From Erysipelotrichaceae bacterium (lineage in GTDB: Bacteria; Bacillota_I; Bacilli_A; Erysipelotrichales; Erysipelotrichaceae): DNA of 32,000 bases. The notes beneath the pieces were generated by a model. It was not told the origin of the DNA, did no database searches, and was given only the letters and a program-made list of their open reading frames with translations. The translations under genes and the position numbers were made by a program. Position 1 is the stretch's first letter; each line of letters opens with the position of its first letter. Shown here piece after piece: positions 28,406 through 32,000 of this stretch. Location of the stretch: assembly GCA_030604855.1 (NCBI GenBank), contig JAUVVC010000006.1, positions 30,001-62,000 of the forward strand, given 5' to 3'.

Positions 28406-29194
28406 ATGATCAATAAAGTACAAAAATATGAACAGGAAGAGATATTGAATCTATTACGCCAAGATTCATCAAGAAGCATGTTCATTTATGGAGATATCTT
28501 ACAGAATGGTTGGGAAACCGATTATCAAGAGGTATGGACCGATCGCTCCAACCAGGGCATCGATGCCATCTATTTGCGTTATCATAAGAATCTTGTCGTC
28601 TATGGTATCAATAAGATTGAGGATGTCGAGGCACTCAAAACATTTATTCATGAATTACCGATTCAATTCCTCAGTGGATGTAAGAAACACCTTGAGCTTA
28701 TGGGTTTAAATACATTAGAAACATTTAAATTTCGCGAAATGTATTTTTGTGAGTGCCAAGAACTTATCAATTCAGTTGCGAGCACAGAGGTGATCATGGC
28801 TGAACCACAACACGCTAAAGCCATTGCGGAAGCGATCATTCAAATCAGTGAATTTGCGGAAATGACAAGTCAAGAAGAACGTATCGATCGTATTACGGAA
28901 CGTCTAAGCAGTGGGAAAGGCCGTGCCGCCATCATTCTCGATGGGGAAAAAGTCATTGCTCATGCGAATACCGCAGTTGAGACGGATAATGCGGTCATGG
29001 TAGGGGCAGTACTGACTTTACCTGCGGTTCGCAATCAAGGCTTGGCTTCACAAGTTGTCAGCACTTTGACAAAACATTGCTTAGATGACGGAAAGATACC
29101 TTGTCTCTTCTATGACAATCCAAAAGCAGGAAGCATCTATCATCGTTTAGGGTATCAGACCTTTGATTTGTGGATGTTGGGGACGAAACTATGA
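28406..29194 (+). CDS. GNAT-family N-acetyltransferase (two-domain, ~260 aa type)
   Basis: 262 aa from the first ATG. The C-terminal acetyl-CoA site is 'VLTLPAVRNQGLASQVV' (R/Q-x-x-G-x-A), followed by 'YHRLGYQ'. The listed 28373 start is a TTG inside the ftsZ terminator T tract. Confidence 0.7.
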   Translation: MINKVQKYEQEEILNLLRQDSSRSMFIYGDILQNGWETDYQEVWTDRSNQGIDAIYLRYHKNLVVYGINKIEDVEALKTFIHELPIQFLSGCKKHLELMGLNTLETFKFREMYFCECQELINSVASTEVIMAEPQHAKAIAEAIIQISEFAEMTSQEERIDRITERLSSGKGRAAIILDGEKVIAHANTAVETDNAVMVGAVLTLPAVRNQGLASQVVSTLTKHCLDDGKIPCLFYDNPKAGSIYHRLGYQTFDLWMLGTKL

Positions 29195-31059
29195 AAATCG
29201 CATTGGGACAATTGAATATTCAAGCAGGCAACATCGATGCGAATCTAGATGCGATGAAGCAAATGGTCATGGCTGCCAAAGCGCAAGGCGCCGCTTTGAT
29301 CGTTTTTCCGGAGATGGCTGTGAGTGGTTATCTTTTAGGGGATAAACTCTTGCAGAGAGGCTTTGTGGATCGTTTGCTGGCATGTAACGAGATGATCAAG
29401 TCTTGGTCCGATGACATCGGCATCATTTGGGGCAACATAAGCCATGATGAAGCTGCCAAGGCCAATCGAGATGGACGTTTCAATCGCATGAACAGTGCCT
29501 GTTTTGCATATCAGAAGCAATGGGTGGAAAAAACAAATGGATCCATTCCAGGGCTTTATCATAAACATTGTCTACCAGACTATCGTTTCTTTGATGATTC
29601 AAGGATTTTTAAGAGCGGGGTGGATGTCAGTCTGGAAAACAACTTGGCTGTGGATCATGGCATCGAACCTTTCCTCTTCACATATAAGAATGAAACATTG
29701 CGTATCGGGCTCGAGGTGTGTGAAGATCTTTGGAGCAAGGATTACACCATCGATCCCACCGCGATCTATATTCAAAAAGGTGTGGATTTCATCATCAACA
29801 TCTCATCTTCACCTTGGACTTTGAACAAGGAATACAGTCGCGTCAAACGCATTCAGGAACATGTTTCTACCCATCAAGATAGAATGGTTCCAATCATTTA
29901 TGTGAACGCGGCAGGCATGCAAAACAATGGAAAGAATGTCTTGGTGTTTGATGGGGATTCGACGATCTATGGCAAGGATGGTATTGTCCAGGCTGAATGT
30001 CCGGATAACTTTGAACAGTATCTTGGTGTTTTTGATTTAAATGAACGCACACCGCTACCAGTTCAAAGCGATAAATTGCTCAATGCCTTGGTGCATGCGA
30101 TCCGTGAATTCGACCGTCAACTCTTAAAAGGGAAGACACCGTGGATCATCGGCTTGTCGGGTGGTCTGGACAGCAGTGTGAATGCGGCACTTCTGGTCCA
30201 TGCTTTGGGTAAACATCGTGTCATCGGATATAACATGGCTTCACGCTACAATCAAGCCAAAACAAAATCCATCGCTGCTGAATCCGCAGAGTTATTAGGC
30301 ATCGAGTACCATGAAGGCAGCATCGAAGCTTTGGTTCAATCCACTGTGGATACCTTGAAAGATTATGCGATCGATGCGGTCGAAGGTTTGGCGTTTGAGA
30401 ACATTCAAGCTCGTATACGTGGTCATCTCTTATCCTCCTTCGCCTCATACAAGGGGGGTGTCATCTGCAACAATGGCAATAAGGTCGAATGTGCCTTAGG
30501 CTATGCGACTCTCTATGGGGATACGATCGGAGCCTTGAGTCCCTTGGGGGATTGCACAAAAATGGATCTCTTTCATTTGGCAAAACGCTTGAATGAGATC
30601 TTTAATGCGGAAGTCATTTCCAAGGATCTGATTCCCACGATTGAAGCGAACACCATCCACTTTGCTTTAGCCCCCAGTGCTGAGCTCAGAACCGATCAAT
30701 TGGATCCGATGAAATGGGTCTATCACGATTGGTTGGTTCAGTACTTTACTCAATATCCAAGTCATCATCTCTTGGAATGGTTGGAAATCTATGCGAACGA
30801 TCAATGGCAATCCCTCGAAATTGCCCCTTGGATCCGTTATTACCATTTGGATGACCCCAAGAACTTTGTGGAAGACATCCAGTGGTTCATGAAAGCGTGG
30901 CACTTTGCGGTCTTCAAACGTATTCAATTTCCACCCATTGTGACTGTAAGCCGAGGAAGCTTTGGTTATGATTATCGTGAGAGTCAATTGCCGTATGTGA
31001 ACGATACAGCCGTGGAAGCGATGCTTGAGCGGATCTTAGCGAAAAGAGGACAAGCATGA
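29191..31059 (+). CDS. nadE: Glutamine-dependent NAD+ synthetase (CN-hydrolase domain plus NAD synthetase domain)
   Basis: 622 aa from ATG 29191 ('MKIALGQLN'). Nitrilase-type triad context is present ('VFPEMAVSGY', 'LEVCEDLW'), as is the PP-loop 'GLSGGLDSS'. ATGA overlaps on both sides. Confidence 0.9.
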   Translation: MKIALGQLNIQAGNIDANLDAMKQMVMAAKAQGAALIVFPEMAVSGYLLGDKLLQRGFVDRLLACNEMIKSWSDDIGIIWGNISHDEAAKANRDGRFNRMNSACFAYQKQWVEKTNGSIPGLYHKHCLPDYRFFDDSRIFKSGVDVSLENNLAVDHGIEPFLFTYKNETLRIGLEVCEDLWSKDYTIDPTAIYIQKGVDFIINISSSPWTLNKEYSRVKRIQEHVSTHQDRMVPIIYVNAAGMQNNGKNVLVFDGDSTIYGKDGIVQAECPDNFEQYLGVFDLNERTPLPVQSDKLLNALVHAIREFDRQLLKGKTPWIIGLSGGLDSSVNAALLVHALGKHRVIGYNMASRYNQAKTKSIAAESAELLGIEYHEGSIEALVQSTVDTLKDYAIDAVEGLAFENIQARIRGHLLSSFASYKGGVICNNGNKVECALGYATLYGDTIGALSPLGDCTKMDLFHLAKRLNEIFNAEVISKDLIPTIEANTIHFALAPSAELRTDQLDPMKWVYHDWLVQYFTQYPSHHLLEWLEIYANDQWQSLEIAPWIRYYHLDDPKNFVEDIQWFMKAWHFAVFKRIQFPPIVTVSRGSFGYDYRESQLPYVNDTAVEAMLERILAKRGQA

Positions 31060-32000
31060 AAAAGTGGTTCAATCCGGAACAAATCAGTTCTGTCGTATCC
31101 TTTACCTTAGCGGGTCTGTTGCTCATTGGGGTGTACTTCTTGATTTTGAACATCCAAATTTTGGAAATGAATTTTCTTAGACTGCTCAGTGTCTTGACGC
31201 CTTTTGTCTATGGCATTGTCTTAGCTTTCTTATTGGGACCTTTCGTACGTTTCTTTGAAGTGAACATCTTTGGTATGTTTCGATGGAAGAAAAGCCTTAA
31301 GCGTCTGCTTGCGGTCATTTTGACCTTATTGATCACACTTGAGATCACCATCCTCTTCTTCTCGTTCATCATTCCTCAAATCGTCTTGAGTCTGGGTTCG
31401 ATTTCAACCAAACTCCCCGAGTATGTCATTATACTTGAGAAGCTCTTGAATGAATGGATGGAAGTCATCAATCTGAATCAAGATTGGTCAAACTTGATCT
31501 TGGATTCATCCGAAAACCTCCTGCAGAGCTTTGTCAGTACCCTCCAAGCCTTTTTACCAAAGCTATTAGATTATTCATGGCAGTTCACAAAAACGATCTT
31601 CAATCTCATCGTTGGCATTGCGATCGCAGTATACATCACTTTGGATAAAGAACGTTTCGTATTGCAGATCAAGAAGATTCATTATGCGCTCTTCGGTCAA
31701 AAGATCACCGATGATCTGATCGACTTGAGCCGTTTGTCTTTGAACATGATGCATCGCTTCATCCTGGGCAAAGCCTTGGATTCTTTAATCATCGGTGTGA
31801 TCTGTTACTTGGGTATGCTCCTGCTGAAACTGGAATACCCGGTGCTTATCAGTGTCGTCATCGGGATGACGAACATGATTCCGGTTTTTGGCCCTTTCAT
31901 TGGTGCCGTACCGGGTGCCTTGATTCTGCTCATCGTCTCACCGATTCAAGCGCTATGGTTCATTCTGTTCATCATTGTTTTACAACAGTTCGATGGTAAT
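31056..32000 (+). CDS. AI-2E family transporter (UPF0118/PerM/YtvI-like), 3' end outside the window
   Basis: This frame is open from ATG 31056 to the window end (315 codons). It is absent from the ORF track because it has no stop. It is polytopic and carries the family signature 'GMTNMIPVFGPFIGAVPGALI'. Confidence 0.8.
   Translation, partial: MKKWFNPEQISSVVSFTLAGLLLIGVYFLILNIQILEMNFLRLLSVLTPFVYGIVLAFLLGPFVRFFEVNIFGMFRWKKSLKRLLAVILTLLITLEITILFFSFIIPQIVLSLGSISTKLPEYVIILEKLLNEWMEVINLNQDWSNLILDSSENLLQSFVSTLQAFLPKLLDYSWQFTKTIFNLIVGIAIAVYITLDKERFVLQIKKIHYALFGQKITDDLIDLSRLSLNMMHRFILGKALDSLIIGVICYLGMLLLKLEYPVLISVVIGMTNMIPVFGPFIGAVPGALILLIVSPIQALWFILFIIVLQQFDGN

Noticed and set aside
31454-31648. 64-aa ORF, and similar short listed ORFs inside other genes (for example 13290-13505, 28095-28409, 29495-29824).
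   Set aside because: They are alternative-frame ORFs embedded in genes with clear family signatures, and have no start signals.

Overview
This window is almost entirely core housekeeping chromosome from a Bacillota-type organism. A compact-genome or Erysipelotrichia-like lineage is a low-confidence guess. GC is roughly 40-45% by eye. The code is standard: TGA is used as a stop, and there are many ATGA start/stop overlaps. Gene order: a 5'-truncated SEDS gene (FtsW/RodA), rsmD, coaD; then hrcA-grpE-dnaK-dnaJ under tandem CIRCE control, followed directly by clpB; then a two-gene minus-strand unit (unknown 146-aa protein plus a PrsW-family intramembrane protease); a DUF871/MupG-like gene; a flippase-like membrane protein, a tiny lipoprotein and a DUF45/YgjP-type metallopeptidase; rqcH on the minus strand; a compacted version of the Bacillus 'ylo' cluster (gmk-priA-rsmB-rlmN-prpC-prkC-rsgA-rpe-thiN) with convergent rpmB; ftsA-ftsZ; and GNAT-nadE-AI-2E-family permease, truncated at the 3' end. 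I saw no rRNA, tRNA, CRISPR, transposase, integrase or phage genes, and nothing that resembles a classic defence island. The most unusual points are: (i) the orphan PrsW-family protease translationally coupled to an unrecognisable small protein; (ii) four genes whose ATG lies 6-7 nt after an extended -10 box with no Shine-Dalgarno, suggesting leaderless mRNAs; (iii) an FtsA whose actin-fold nucleotide-binding motifs are all degenerate; (iv) the compaction of the ylo cluster (no rpoZ, coaBC, def or fmt) and clpB appended to the CIRCE operon. All functional calls come from motif and family recognition by eye. No database search was run.
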